From assembly GCA_944390885.1 (NCBI GenBank), contig CALXRP010000002.1, forward strand, positions 44,936 through 108,935: a DNA stretch of 64,000 nt. Direction: 5' to 3'. The notes under the pieces were generated by a model. That model was not told the origin of the DNA. It did not search any database and worked only from the letters and a program-made list of their open reading frames with translations. This DNA comes from an uncultured Alphaproteobacteria bacterium (GTDB lineage: Bacteria > Pseudomonadota > Alphaproteobacteria > RF32 > CAG-239). Below, piece by piece: positions 38,754-49,695 of the stretch; the first letter of the stretch is position 1, and every line of letters starts with the position of its first letter. The position numbers were made by a program, and so were the translations under genes.

Positions 38754-41700
38754 ATGAAAGCAAAAAAAAGCCGTATCAAAAGCCTCAGACAATATGCTGC
38801 TGCAATATTGTTTTCTGCTTTTTTTGCCTCCTTTTCATCTGCCCAGGATAGCACCGAAGAATTCCTGATAAACATACAAATCGGCTCCGACAATGACTAT
38901 GAATTGGTCAACCGTCCGGAAAAAATATCTCTAACATTCAACAAACCGCTCACAAAAAACCCGGAAGATTTCAGAAGTTTGCTCCCCAGATTACTTGAAA
39001 AACAGGAGCTGTCCGACGACAAGACCTCTCTTATTCTGACACCTAAAACACCGCTCATTGCCAAAGCATCATTAAATAATGGCACCTTGAGCGTCAGTTT
39101 GAAGCCGTATGAAACCGATATAAACACAGACAATACAGACAATATAGAAATAAGCTACGGCGAGCATTCTGATTTTTATCGTTTTGTATTCAAATACGGA
39201 CAACAACCTCTGTATTCTGTCAGATCACAAGACATGCAAACATCAATTTATTTTTTAAACGATGTCCGCCTGTTAACAGATGCAATAAAAAGCTACCCGT
39301 TTTTTCCGGGCATAACAATCACCCCAAATACCATGGGCGGACAAACAATGATCATTCCGGCAGGCATGATAAAATCTGCAGAATATGACAATAAAATCGT
39401 TATTGACGTTTCTAAAACATCAGACGGCAAAATCTTTGACGACAGCACGGCGGAAATAAAGGTTGCCGGAATAGATATTCCAAAATCCCCGGATATCCTG
39501 CAAGAAAGCCCCGTACAACAAAGCCTCCACGCCCCGGAACGCATTGCCAGCTTGGGTTTTTCATGGAATACGGCAGCCAATATTGCCGTCTTCCGCCGGG
39601 AAAATTATCTTTGGATCATTTTTGACCAACGAAAAAAAATAGATAAAGACCAATTACTCGCCGACGCCGCTCCTCTTGCGGAAGAAATTGTTGTCATCCC
39701 GCACACCAAAGCCACCGTCCTCAGGTTAAAAATCAAGCCGAATGTCCGCACCAACCTGCGTAAAGAAGGTTTGCTCTGGATTGTCGACCTGTCTGTTACG
39801 GGCTTTCAAGAAGAAGTCAAAGACATGGCTGTATTTACCCGCTATGACAGCCTGAATCATCCCTACTTTTTCATCCCGACTTCCATGGCCGGAAACATTA
39901 TCTCAGTCGTTGACCCGGAAATCGGCGATAACCTGATTGCAGCCACCATCTCCGATGTCGGCACCGGCATTAACACGCCATATTCTTATCCGGACATGGA
40001 CTTTATGCGTTCATTAAACGGTGTTGCTATTGTTCCCAAAAACACAGATTTGAGTATCGAACGCGGCAATACCGGAATCATTATAAAAGCAACCCGCGGC
40101 TTAAACATATCCCCGGATCTGGATTATAAAAAACGTCAGCAAGATCTGTTAAATGCCGGACAAGAGCAAAAAGGGTTTGATCTGAGCCTTAGCACCGGTC
40201 TTCTGAACATGCCTTATACAGAGGCCGTCGCCCAATTGAAAAAAGACATAGAAGCAGCCCCGATAGAGAAAAAAATCGCAGCCCGGCTGATGTTGGTTCG
40301 CTACTACATTTCATACGGCCTGGGAGCAGAGGCCTTAAAAGAACTTCGGCGCCTGACACAGCTTCCGGGATACCGCCCGTCAGAAGAAACCGAAGCCTTG
40401 TTCGGCGTAGCTAATTTTTTGCTCCGCCGTTACGACGATGCAATGGAAAACTTATCCTTCGGTTCGCTACCGTTGGATAATGAAGCTGTTTTCTGGCGGA
40501 CATTATCCTCTACGGCAAAAGAATATCAAAAAGAAAATAATGTTATTTTAACCTCTTATATTTCATTAATTAAAGACTATCCGATTCCGCTCAAAGCGCG
40601 CATTGCCCTGGTTGCTGCCAAAAACGCCCTTGATTCCGGTGATGACTTGGCGGCCCAGAATTTCATTGATGTCTTAAACAACATTGATAGTCAAAATTTA
40701 TATTATCAGGCCCGTATCGGATACCTCACTGCCCAACGCCGGGTTCTGCAAGGCTATCCGCGCAACGGCATAAAGTTATATAACAATATCGCTCTGTCTT
40801 TATCTCAAAAATATTCGGCCTTGGCTCGTTACGAAGCTGCCACTTTAAGCAAAAAGCTCGGAACATTGCCGCTAAAAAAAGCAATAAAAGAGCTGGAACA
40901 GCTTTACTACGCCTGGCCGGATCAACAATTTCGTCTGAAAGTATTAAGAACATTAGCCGACTACTATAGCCAGGATTCCGACTTTCTCAGTGCTTTGAGA
41001 AAACTTAATATAAGCATGCGTCTGGAAAATGAAGAAGAAAAACCGGAAACGCTGAAAAAAATGGTCAGTATTTTGGAAGATGTTTATATTAACAACCGAG
41101 CAGACAATTTACCGCCGCTGAAATCATTGGCGATTTATAAAGAATTTGAATGGCTTGCACCGCAAAGCACGCATTACAATGAAATTATCCGCAGATTGGC
41201 AGATCGATTAGTTGCCGTAGATCTGCTCCCCAGAGCCTATACTCTCCTGCAAAACCAATTGCGTTTCGGAAAAATGGATAATAAAGAACGTGCTGCCGTA
41301 GGAACACGACTGGCACTAATCAGTTTGTTTGAAGACAAAAACTCAGATGCCCTTGCGTTTCTTGACCAGACCGAAACATCCGATATAGATCCGACACTCT
41401 GGGCTCAGCGACGGATCATCCGTGCAAAAACGCTTTCCAATCTGGGACGGGATGAAGAAGCAATCGAATTGTTAAGAGATGATTACAGCAAAAATGCCTT
41501 ATTACTGAAAAGCGAAATCTATTGGAATGCCGGCATGTGGAACGAAGCTTCTGACAGTATTCGATATTTGGTTGAGCCTCCAAAACCGGGAACAGCTTTG
41601 AGCCAAGAACAAATCGGTTATATTCTTGATTGGGCAACGACATTGCAAAAATCCGGAAAAACAACTGTTTTGGTAAGATTGCGCAACAAGTTTTTGCCCT

Positions 41701-41888
41701 ATTTTGAAAATACAAAATATTATAGTCCATTTAGTGTATTAACCGGCAATCTGGAAAATGATAAAATTGATTTGAAAGCCATTAACCAAACCATTAATGA
41801 TGTACAAGCCTTCAGCAATTTTACAAAATTATATAACAATTCGCTGAAAAACAACCATCTGGACCTTCAAGGCAATGAAACAAAATAA
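38754..41888 (+). CDS. large secreted TPR-like protein of the fliL-fliM locus
   Basis: Signal peptide; [16 protein letters not shown]; VVDPEIGD; [14 protein letters not shown]; helical repeat C-terminal half. Confidence 0.75.
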   Translation: MKAKKSRIKSLRQYAAAILFSAFFASFSSAQDSTEEFLINIQIGSDNDYELVNRPEKISLTFNKPLTKNPEDFRSLLPRLLEKQELSDDKTSLILTPKTPLIAKASLNNGTLSVSLKPYETDINTDNTDNIEISYGEHSDFYRFVFKYGQQPLYSVRSQDMQTSIYFLNDVRLLTDAIKSYPFFPGITITPNTMGGQTMIIPAGMIKSAEYDNKIVIDVSKTSDGKIFDDSTAEIKVAGIDIPKSPDILQESPVQQSLHAPERIASLGFSWNTAANIAVFRRENYLWIIFDQRKKIDKDQLLADAAPLAEEIVVIPHTKATVLRLKIKPNVRTNLRKEGLLWIVDLSVTGFQEEVKDMAVFTRYDSLNHPYFFIPTSMAGNIISVVDPEIGDNLIAATISDVGTGINTPYSYPDMDFMRSLNGVAIVPKNTDLSIERGNTGIIIKATRGLNISPDLDYKKRQQDLLNAGQEQKGFDLSLSTGLLNMPYTEAVAQLKKDIEAAPIEKKIAARLMLVRYYISYGLGAEALKELRRLTQLPGYRPSEETEALFGVANFLLRRYDDAMENLSFGSLPLDNEAVFWRTLSSTAKEYQKENNVILTSYISLIKDYPIPLKARIALVAAKNALDSGDDLAAQNFIDVLNNIDSQNLYYQARIGYLTAQRRVLQGYPRNGIKLYNNIALSLSQKYSALARYEAATLSKKLGTLPLKKAIKELEQLYYAWPDQQFRLKVLRTLADYYSQDSDFLSALRKLNISMRLENEEEKPETLKKMVSILEDVYINNRADNLPPLKSLAIYKEFEWLAPQSTHYNEIIRRLADRLVAVDLLPRAYTLLQNQLRFGKMDNKERAAVGTRLALISLFEDKNSDALAFLDQTETSDIDPTLWAQRRIIRAKTLSNLGRDEEAIELLRDDYSKNALLLKSEIYWNAGMWNEASDSIRYLVEPPKPGTALSQEQIGYILDWATTLQKSGKTTVLVRLRNKFLPYFENTKYYSPFSVLTGNLENDKIDLKAINQTINDVQAFSNFTKLYNNSLKNNHLDLQGNETK

Positions 41889-43869
41889 ATTCAAAATTGT
41901 CAGTCCGTTTGAACCTTCCGGCGACCAAACACAGGCAATCGCCGAGCTTTGCGAAGGACTAAAAAACGGCTTGAGCGATCAAGTTCTGCTCGGGGTTACC
42001 GGCAGCGGAAAAACTTTCACCATGGCCAAAATCATAGAACAATCCCAGCGCCCGGCTCTGATTATGGCGCCGAACAAAACTTTAGCGGCTCAACTCTATA
42101 CGGAAATGAAAGAGTTTTTCCCCAATAATCACGTTGAATATTTTGTTTCCTACTACGACTATTATCAGCCGGAAGCCTATATCCCTAAAACAGACACTTA
42201 TATAGAAAAAGATTCCGCCATTAATGAACAGATTGATCGCATGAGAAACTCGGCCACCCGCAGTCTTCTGGAAAGCAACGACGTTATCATTGTTGCTTCT
42301 GTTTCCTGCATTTACGGTTTGGGAGATGTTGAATCTTATGCCGCCATGACACTGCCGCTGCATATCGGACAGGAAATTGCCCCTAAAGAAATTTTCAAAC
42401 GGTTGTCAGAACTGCAATATGAGCGCAATCAGATGAACTTTGTCCGTAGCACCTTTCGCGTTCAGGGAGACATCATAGACATTTTTCCTTCCCACTATGA
42501 AGACAAAGCCTGGCGGATATCTTTATTCGGAGATGAAATTGAAAGCATTAGTGAATTCGATTCCCTGACCGGTAAAAAAACGCTGGATTTGGAAGAAGTT
42601 GTTGTTTATCCGGCCAATCACTATGTAACACCGCGGCCGACAATTTCCAAAGCAATCGTCGGCATAAAAGAAGAATTATCCGAACGCATAGAAGAATTCA
42701 AACATGAAAACAAACTCCTGGAAGCCCAACGCCTGGAACAACGGACGCGCTTTGATCTGGAAATGTTGGAAACGACCGGACATTGCAAAGGGATAGAAAA
42801 TTACTCACGTTATCTGACCGGCCGACCGGCCGGAGCACCGCCTCCGACATTATTTGAATATCTTCGAAAAGACACCATTATTTTTATTGACGAAAGCCAC
42901 ATATCATTACCGCAAATCGGAGGAATGTACCGTGGTGACCGCAGCCGCAAAGCCACCTTGGCAGACTACGGATTCCGACTGCCGTCCTGCATCGATAACC
43001 GGCCGCTCACCTTTGAAGAATGGAACAAAATGCGAGGGCAGACAATTTATGTTTCCGCCACGCCGGGGGATTGGGAACTCGAACAAAGCGGCGGCACCTT
43101 TACCGAGCAAATCATCCGACCGACTGGTCTGACTGATCCTGTCTGTGTTGTCAAACCCGTAGAAAACCAGATTGACGACTTAATGGAAGAATGCCGTAAA
43201 GTCATTGCCAAAAACGAGCGTGTTTTGGTCACGACCCTGACCAAAAAAATGGCAGAAGATTTAACGGAATATCTAAATGAAAACGGCATAAAAGTCCGCT
43301 ACATGCATTCAGATATTGACACGCTGGAACGCATAGACATCATCCGCGATCTCCGTCTCGGTATTTTTGATGTTTTGGTAGGAATCAACCTGTTAAGAGA
43401 AGGTCTGGATATTCCCGAATGCTCTCTGGTTGCCATTCTGGACGCCGACAAAGAAGGCTTCCTGCGCTCCACCCGCTCTCTGATCCAAACCATCGGACGA
43501 GCCGCTCGCAACGCCGACAGCCAGGTCATACTCTATGCTGATAAAATGACAAACTCCATCAGTCAGGCTTTAGAAGAAACCAATCGCCGCAGGGAAAAAC
43601 AATGCCAATATAACATTGCCCACGGCATAACGCCGCAAACCATCAGCAAAGCCATTTCCGGAACGTTACAGACCATGAGTCAGGACTACCTTGAAGAAAG
43701 CAGCCCGACAACACCTTCCGTTTCCAAAGATGATCTGAAAAACTTTGATAAACGGATCAAAGAATATACCAAAAAAATGAAAGACGCCGCCGCCAACCTC
43801 GAATTTGAAGAAGCCATGAAATACCGTGATAAAATTCGCGAACTGGAACGGCAATATCTTAAAAACTAA
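41875..43869 (+). CDS. uvrB: excinuclease ABC subunit B
   Basis: [43 protein letters not shown] domain. Confidence 0.99.
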   Translation: MKQNKFKIVSPFEPSGDQTQAIAELCEGLKNGLSDQVLLGVTGSGKTFTMAKIIEQSQRPALIMAPNKTLAAQLYTEMKEFFPNNHVEYFVSYYDYYQPEAYIPKTDTYIEKDSAINEQIDRMRNSATRSLLESNDVIIVASVSCIYGLGDVESYAAMTLPLHIGQEIAPKEIFKRLSELQYERNQMNFVRSTFRVQGDIIDIFPSHYEDKAWRISLFGDEIESISEFDSLTGKKTLDLEEVVVYPANHYVTPRPTISKAIVGIKEELSERIEEFKHENKLLEAQRLEQRTRFDLEMLETTGHCKGIENYSRYLTGRPAGAPPPTLFEYLRKDTIIFIDESHISLPQIGGMYRGDRSRKATLADYGFRLPSCIDNRPLTFEEWNKMRGQTIYVSATPGDWELEQSGGTFTEQIIRPTGLTDPVCVVKPVENQIDDLMEECRKVIAKNERVLVTTLTKKMAEDLTEYLNENGIKVRYMHSDIDTLERIDIIRDLRLGIFDVLVGINLLREGLDIPECSLVAILDADKEGFLRSTRSLIQTIGRAARNADSQVILYADKMTNSISQALEETNRRREKQCQYNIAHGITPQTISKAISGTLQTMSQDYLEESSPTTPSVSKDDLKNFDKRIKEYTKKMKDAAANLEFEEAMKYRDKIRELERQYLKN

Positions 43870-43882
43870 TTCTTTAACCGAC

Positions 43883-43915
43883 AAAAAAAGAGGTTCATTG
43901 CTGAACCTCTTTCTT
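43883..43915. terminator. bidirectional terminator
   Basis: AAAAAAGAGGTTCA-TTGC-TGAACCTCTTTCTT. Confidence 0.8.
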
Positions 43916-43932
43916 ATACTCAAGCAAACCGC

Positions 43933-44715
43933 TTAGTTTTTCATAGCATCAATTCTTCTTTGAATTTCTGCTTCATCAAGAGTTTGCAGAATTTGGCCGT
44001 CCAAAATCATCGTCGGAACACCGCGAATCTCAATGGTATTAGCCAAATCAGCCGTATCCTGAATTGTCTTAAGAACTTTAGCGGAATTCATGTCTGCTTT
44101 CATCTTGGCAACATCAATGCCGGCATTAGCAGCGAGTTCATCAATTTTTTCTTCGCTCAAAGCGCCGTCATTTTCCATCATGGCAGACCAGAGTTCCTGA
44201 TATTTGCCCTGCTCTTTGGCAGCCAAAGCAGCTTTAGCGGCATAATCAGATACCGGACCCAAGAAGGTCAGTTCTCTCAAGACCAAACGAACATCATTGT
44301 TTTTGGCAACAATATTCTTCAAAGCCGGATACAATCTGTGGCAGAAACCGCAGGAGAAATCAAAGAACTCAACCAGCGTAATGGAACCGTTCGGATTACC
44401 GACAACGGCAGCACCTTCATATTCGGTAATTTCCTTAATATTCTGCTTAATCTTTTCGGCAGCAGCTTTTTGTCTTTCTTCTTCTTGCTGAATTTGATAA
44501 CGCTGCATTGCTTCAAAAACAATTTCCGGATTGCTGTTCAATACGGACTTAATTGTTTCAACATCCGTCGATGCAGCCGCTGCAACCGGAGCTGCCGGAG
44601 CGGCTGTTTCAGCGACCGGAGCTGCTTTATTGCATTTGGTCATGCATACTGCAGCACAGGCAACTGAAATAATCAGGGCCAGCAGAGAAACGTAAATTGC
44701 ATTAATTTTGTTCAT
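43933..44715 (-). CDS. DsbA/Com1 family thiol-disulfide oxidoreductase
   Basis: GNPNG.ITLVEFFDFSCGFC, GVPT; N-terminal anchor. Confidence 0.92.
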   Translation of the reverse strand: MNKINAIYVSLLALIISVACAAVCMTKCNKAAPVAETAAPAAPVAAAASTDVETIKSVLNSNPEIVFEAMQRYQIQQEEERQKAAAEKIKQNIKEITEYEGAAVVGNPNGSITLVEFFDFSCGFCHRLYPALKNIVAKNNDVRLVLRELTFLGPVSDYAAKAALAAKEQGKYQELWSAMMENDGALSEEKIDELAANAGIDVAKMKADMNSAKVLKTIQDTADLANTIEIRGVPTMILDGQILQTLDEAEIQRRIDAMKN

Positions 44716-44877
44716 CTTACATATCCTTAAATTTATTAAATACAAATATAATTTAGCTAATCTATAATATATTTACAACGGACATATTAATTTATAATTA
44801 TTAATATTCTCCAAATATCTAAATCTTTTTTTCATAATTTAAGCAATATAATTGCAGAAAATTACGAAAGGAAAAAA

Positions 44878-45537
44878 ATGTTTCACATCAAAGTATCATT
44901 GTTTTCGCATACCCGGGAACTCGAACACAAAATAGACCAGTTTCATAACAAACTCCTTGAAGTAGCCATGAACTTCAAAAAAGCCGTGCGCATATTCTTA
45001 AACGAACGCCGGAGCGACGGCTATCGTAAAATAAGCAAACAGATTCGAAACATTGAACACGAGGCCGACCGTTTGCGCCGCGAAATCGAAGCCGATCTAT
45101 ACAGTCAGAATCTGATTCCTGATCTTCGGGCCGATGTACTCCACCTGGTTGAAAACGTTGATAAAGTCATTAACAAATTTGATGAAGTAACCCACGATTT
45201 TTATATTGAGCGGCCGGACATTCCGGAAAAATTTCATAACGCGTTTCTGTCATTGTGCGACTTAAGTTCTGATTGCGCCGAAAACCTCGCCATTGCCAGC
45301 CGGGCTTTCTTCCGTGATCTCAGCTCCGTCAGGGATTATTCACAAAAAGTATACCTGATTGAAAATGAATCCGACACCGGATCCGCCCATCTGAGAAACG
45401 CCATTTTTGACACGGATCTGCCTTTGGCCAACAAACTTCAGCTCAATCTTCTGGTGCGGGAGGTCGCCGATATAGCCGACATTGCCGAAGACTGCGTTGA
45501 CGAACTGCTGATTTTCACAATCAAGAGAGACATTTAA
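44878..45537 (+). CDS. DUF47 (PhoU-like) phosphate transport accessory protein
   Basis: IEHEADRLRR, ENESD, IADIAED; upstream of PiT. Confidence 0.88.
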   Translation: MFHIKVSLFSHTRELEHKIDQFHNKLLEVAMNFKKAVRIFLNERRSDGYRKISKQIRNIEHEADRLRREIEADLYSQNLIPDLRADVLHLVENVDKVINKFDEVTHDFYIERPDIPEKFHNAFLSLCDLSSDCAENLAIASRAFFRDLSSVRDYSQKVYLIENESDTGSAHLRNAIFDTDLPLANKLQLNLLVREVADIADIAEDCVDELLIFTIKRDI

Positions 45538-45540
45538 AAG

Positions 45541-46596
45541 ATGGACGGATTGTTTTTAATATTCTTAAGCAGCGGCCTGTTTTTGGGCTGGTCATTGGGT
45601 GCCAACGATGCCGCCAATATTTTCGGCACCGCGGTCGGAACAAAAATGGTCAAATTCCGCACGGCCGCAATCATATCTTCCGTTTTCATCATCCTCGGAG
45701 CCGTTTTTGCCGGTTCCGGCGCAAGCCAGACCTTAAACCGTCTGGGCGAAGTCAATACGCTGGCCGGAGCCTTTATGGTCGCACTATCCGCGGCCGTCAG
45801 CGTTTATTCCATGGTCAAAAGCGGCATCCCCGTTTCCACTTCTCAGGCCATTGTCGGCGCCATCATCGGCTGGAACTTCTATGCCGGCAAACCGACAGAT
45901 TACGGAACACTATCTCAAATTGTCAGCACCTGGATTATCTGCCCGGCGCTTTCGGGCCTGATAGCGATTGGACTTTATTTTTGCATCCGGCGCCTGATTC
46001 GCAAATCACGCCTGCATCTCCTGCGGCAAGACAGCTACACCCGCATCGGTCTGATTCTGGCCGGCGCTTTCGGAGCCTTTGCCCTCGGAGCCAATAACAT
46101 TGCCAACGTTATGGGAGTATTTGTCGATTCCAGCCCATTAAAACCAATAACTTTCAGCAACGGGTTCACCTTAAACGCCACTCAGATTCTGTTTTTAATC
46201 GGCGGCATATCCATCAGCATCGGCGTAGCAACCTATTCGCACAAAGTCATAAACACGGTCGGAATCAACTTAATGTCCATGACGCCGATCATCGCTTGGA
46301 TTGTCGTCATCTCTCAATCAATCGTTTTATTCATATTTGCCTCTCAGGGACTGCAGGCACTTCTGCAAAATAACGGCCTGCCATCGATTCCGCTGGTTCC
46401 GGTATCCAGTTCGCAAGCCGTTATCGGTGCAGTAATCGGCATCGGCATCGCCAAAGGCGGAAGAGATATTCATTGGCCGCTGCTTGGCAAAATTGCCGTC
46501 GGCTGGATAACAACGCCGCTGTTCTCGGGAATTTTATGCTTTATTTCGCTGTTTTTCCTGGAAAACGTCTTCAATCAGGTTGTCTACGCCGATTAA
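45541..46596 (+). CDS. inorganic phosphate transporter, PiT family
   Basis: GANDAAN and GANNIAN signatures; PVSTSQ, PVSSSQ. Confidence 0.93.
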   Translation: MDGLFLIFLSSGLFLGWSLGANDAANIFGTAVGTKMVKFRTAAIISSVFIILGAVFAGSGASQTLNRLGEVNTLAGAFMVALSAAVSVYSMVKSGIPVSTSQAIVGAIIGWNFYAGKPTDYGTLSQIVSTWIICPALSGLIAIGLYFCIRRLIRKSRLHLLRQDSYTRIGLILAGAFGAFALGANNIANVMGVFVDSSPLKPITFSNGFTLNATQILFLIGGISISIGVATYSHKVINTVGINLMSMTPIIAWIVVISQSIVLFIFASQGLQALLQNNGLPSIPLVPVSSSQAVIGAVIGIGIAKGGRDIHWPLLGKIAVGWITTPLFSGILCFISLFFLENVFNQVVYAD

Positions 46597-47588
46597 GCCA
46601 GCTTGGCTGCAATCTTGGCGGCAATTTCCTCATAAGCCTTGGTATACGGGCTGTCCGGTTCGGAAAAAACAATCGGTGTGCCGTTGTCCGAATTCTCCCG
46701 GATAGCAAGATGCAGCGGAATTTCACCCAGAAAATCTTCGCCCATTTCTTCGGCCGTCTTTTTGGCTCCGTGATACCCGAAAATATCAGCACGATGTCCG
46801 CATTTCTCACAAAGATAATAGCTCATGTTCTCAACGATTCCCAAAATGGGAACATCAACTTTTTTAAACATATTAACGCCTTTGACCGCATCAATCAGAG
46901 CAATATCCTGCGGCGTAGAAACAATCACGATTCCGTCCAGCTTAATCCGCTGCGATAAAGTAATCTGAATATCCCCGGTTCCCGGCGGCATATCAATCAC
47001 CATAACATCAATCTCACCCCAATTGGTCTGCGTCATCAGCTGCTCAATTGCTCCGCAGGCTTTGGCACCGCGCCAGATCAACGGCGTATCGCGTCCGACC
47101 AGCGTTCCGATAGACATTGATTTGATTCCCATAAAGTCAAAAGGCTCAAAATTTTTGCCGTCTATACTGTAAGCCGGCTGTCCTTCATATCCGAGCATGG
47201 TCGGAATGGACGGACCGTAAATATCGGCATCAAACAAAGCGGTTTTCAGGCCGCAGTTTGACAAAGCCAAAGCCAGATTCGTCGCCGTTGTCGACTTCCC
47301 GACGCCGCCTTTTCCGGAAGCCACGCCGATAATCTTCTTCACACCGGGAACCACCCATTTTTCAATCTCCGGCTTAAGAGAAACATTCTTTTTCTCTTTG
47401 GTAAAAATGATTGTTGCCCGTTTCACACCGTCAATCCGCTCAAGCTCGGCTTTCAGTTCGGCACTCTTCTGCGCTTCGTCCGTATCACTGACAAGCGTAA
47501 CAATCACTTTGTCTCCCAGAACTTTGATCTGCCCGATACTTGCTTCGTCAAAATATTTTTTAATACTTTCTCTGATTTTTTCTTCCAT
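46593..47588 (-). CDS. mrp: Mrp/ApbC iron-sulfur cluster carrier ATPase
   Basis: SGKGGVGKST, DADIYGPS, DMPPGTGD, ENMS...CEKCG. Confidence 0.95.
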   Translation of the reverse strand: MEEKIRESIKKYFDEASIGQIKVLGDKVIVTLVSDTDEAQKSAELKAELERIDGVKRATIIFTKEKKNVSLKPEIEKWVVPGVKKIIGVASGKGGVGKSTTATNLALALSNCGLKTALFDADIYGPSIPTMLGYEGQPAYSIDGKNFEPFDFMGIKSMSIGTLVGRDTPLIWRGAKACGAIEQLMTQTNWGEIDVMVIDMPPGTGDIQITLSQRIKLDGIVIVSTPQDIALIDAVKGVNMFKKVDVPILGIVENMSYYLCEKCGHRADIFGYHGAKKTAEEMGEDFLGEIPLHLAIRENSDNGTPIVFSEPDSPYTKAYEEIAAKIAAKLA

Positions 47589-47705
47589 TTTTGCCCCTGT
47601 TGATATTGTTTGATCGGCAATTGTTTTTAGATGATATTTATATTATATAAGAAGATATTGCAATAAATTAAATTTACAAATTATATATTCTGGAGAGAGG
47701 TATAA

Positions 47706-48794
47706 ATGTCCAATCAGGAAGGCCCCTGGGGCGGAAACGTAAAAGAAAGCCCTTGGGAAAATGCAGAAAAATCCCCCCGCAAACCCAAAATAATCGACTT
47801 TGAACCCATCAAAAAAAACAACGGTATCGACTTCAAAGTAAGCTGGCTGATAGGTGCTTTGCTTCTGGTCTGGCTGGCTTCCGGCTTTTATCAGATTCAA
47901 CCGAACGAAGAAGGCGTTGTTTTGCGCTTCGGAAAATATATAGATACCACCGGAGCAGGATTGCATTACCACCTGCCTTTCCCTATTGAAGCCGTCAAAA
48001 AGGTCAACATCACACAGGAACGCAGCATTACCATCGGCGATTCTAATGCTTACAATACCTCAAATATCGCCGCTCTTTCCAATAGTCGCAATACGGCAAA
48101 CAACACGGCCTCCGCATTAAGTTCTTTTACCGAAAGCCATATGCTGACCGGTGACGAAAACATAGTTGACGTCAACCTGACCATTGTCTGGAAGATCAAA
48201 AGCGCCAAAGATTATCTGTTCGGCATGCAGAGCCCGGATCGCACGGTTCAGGTCGCTGCGCAGTCTGTCTTACGGGAAATCGTCGGACAATCAAAAATGC
48301 AGCCGATTATCACCGGAGACCGTGGCAAAGTGGAAGATGAAACCAAAGCAGAGCTGCAAAAGGTGCTCGATGAATTCGGTTCCGGCATAGAAATCGTTCG
48401 TGCCAAACTGCAAAAAGCAGATCCGCCCAAACAGGTCGTCGATGCTTTTAATGAAGTTCAACGCGCCAAAGCCGATATGGAACGTTTCAAAAACGAGGCC
48501 GAAGCATACAGCAATGAAATTCTGCCCAAAGCCCGTGGACAGGCCTCTCAGATTTTGCAAAATGCCGAAGCATACAAAGAATCCGTCGTCAAAAAGGCTC
48601 AGGGTGAAACGGACCGATTCAGATCCGTTTATCAGGCTTATCGCAGTGGACGCGATGTCACCATCAAACGCTTATACCTGGAAACGATGGAAGAAGTTTT
48701 GGGAAAATCAAACAAAATCATTATAGATCCGTCCAAAAACAGCAGCGGGGTTTTGCCCTACCTGCCGTTAGACAGCTTACAAAAAAAGAATTAG
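47706..48794 (+). CDS. hflK: FtsH protease modulator HflK
   Basis: GPWG, VVLRFGK, MLTGDENIVD, AFNEVQRA, RLYLETMEEV. Confidence 0.96.
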   Translation: MSNQEGPWGGNVKESPWENAEKSPRKPKIIDFEPIKKNNGIDFKVSWLIGALLLVWLASGFYQIQPNEEGVVLRFGKYIDTTGAGLHYHLPFPIEAVKKVNITQERSITIGDSNAYNTSNIAALSNSRNTANNTASALSSFTESHMLTGDENIVDVNLTIVWKIKSAKDYLFGMQSPDRTVQVAAQSVLREIVGQSKMQPIITGDRGKVEDETKAELQKVLDEFGSGIEIVRAKLQKADPPKQVVDAFNEVQRAKADMERFKNEAEAYSNEILPKARGQASQILQNAEAYKESVVKKAQGETDRFRSVYQAYRSGRDVTIKRLYLETMEEVLGKSNKIIIDPSKNSSGVLPYLPLDSLQKKN

Positions 48795-48803
48795 GAGTCG
48801 CAT

Positions 48804-49673
48804 ATGTCAGAAAAAGTTAAATATTATCTGCTCATCAGCTTGGCTGTATTAGTCGTTCTCGGCGCATCATCTTTTTACGTTGTTCCCCAGATCAGCCAAG
48901 CCATTGTACTCCAATTCGGTGAACCCGTTCGCCTGGTCAAAGAGCCCGGATTGAAAATCAAAATTCCTTTTATTCAAAACGTTGTTTTTTATGACAACCG
49001 TCTGCTGGATCTGGATCCTCCGGCTCAGGAAGTTGTCTTAAACGACAAAAAACGCTTGGATGTTGACAGTTTCACCCGTTTTCGGATTGTCGAACCGCTC
49101 AAGTTCTATCAAACCGTCCGAACGGAAGAACAAGCCCGCAGCAAATTGAAGGAAATCGTCAATTCTTCTGTCCGAAAAATTCTCGGACGGATCACATTAA
49201 CCGAACTTCTGTCGGAGAAAAGAACAAAGATCATGGCGGATATTAGTGAAGCCGTAAAAGCCGACGCCACTCAAATTGGCGTTAACGTAGCCGATGTCCG
49301 CATTCGCCGGGCCGACTTGCCGATAGAAGTCTTGCAGGCCATCAACACCCGGATGAAAGCCGAACGGGAGCGTGACGCAAAAAAATTCCGCGGTGAAGGA
49401 CAAGAACAGGCCCAGCAGATTCGCGCCCAAGCCGAAAAAGAAAGTACAATTATCCTGGCCGAAGCAGAAAAGAAGGCTCAGATCACCCGCGGTGAAGGAG
49501 ATCGGCAAGCCATAGAAATATGGAATCAAGCCGCCAGCATTGATCCTCGGTTTTATGCATTCTACCGCTCGCTCGAGGCCTATAAAAAATCGCTCGGACA
49601 AGGTGATACCTCTATGGTTCTATCGCCTAACGCCGAATTTTTTGATTACTTTGCCAAATCTTTAAACAATTAA
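48804..49673 (+). CDS. hflC: FtsH protease modulator HflC
   Basis: QAIVLQFG, RADLP, RMKAERER, FYAFYRSLEAY. Confidence 0.96.
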   Translation: MSEKVKYYLLISLAVLVVLGASSFYVVPQISQAIVLQFGEPVRLVKEPGLKIKIPFIQNVVFYDNRLLDLDPPAQEVVLNDKKRLDVDSFTRFRIVEPLKFYQTVRTEEQARSKLKEIVNSSVRKILGRITLTELLSEKRTKIMADISEAVKADATQIGVNVADVRIRRADLPIEVLQAINTRMKAERERDAKKFRGEGQEQAQQIRAQAEKESTIILAEAEKKAQITRGEGDRQAIEIWNQAASIDPRFYAFYRSLEAYKKSLGQGDTSMVLSPNAEFFDYFAKSLNN

Positions 49674-49695
49674 TTTTTTACGGGAGAAGTTTGTT

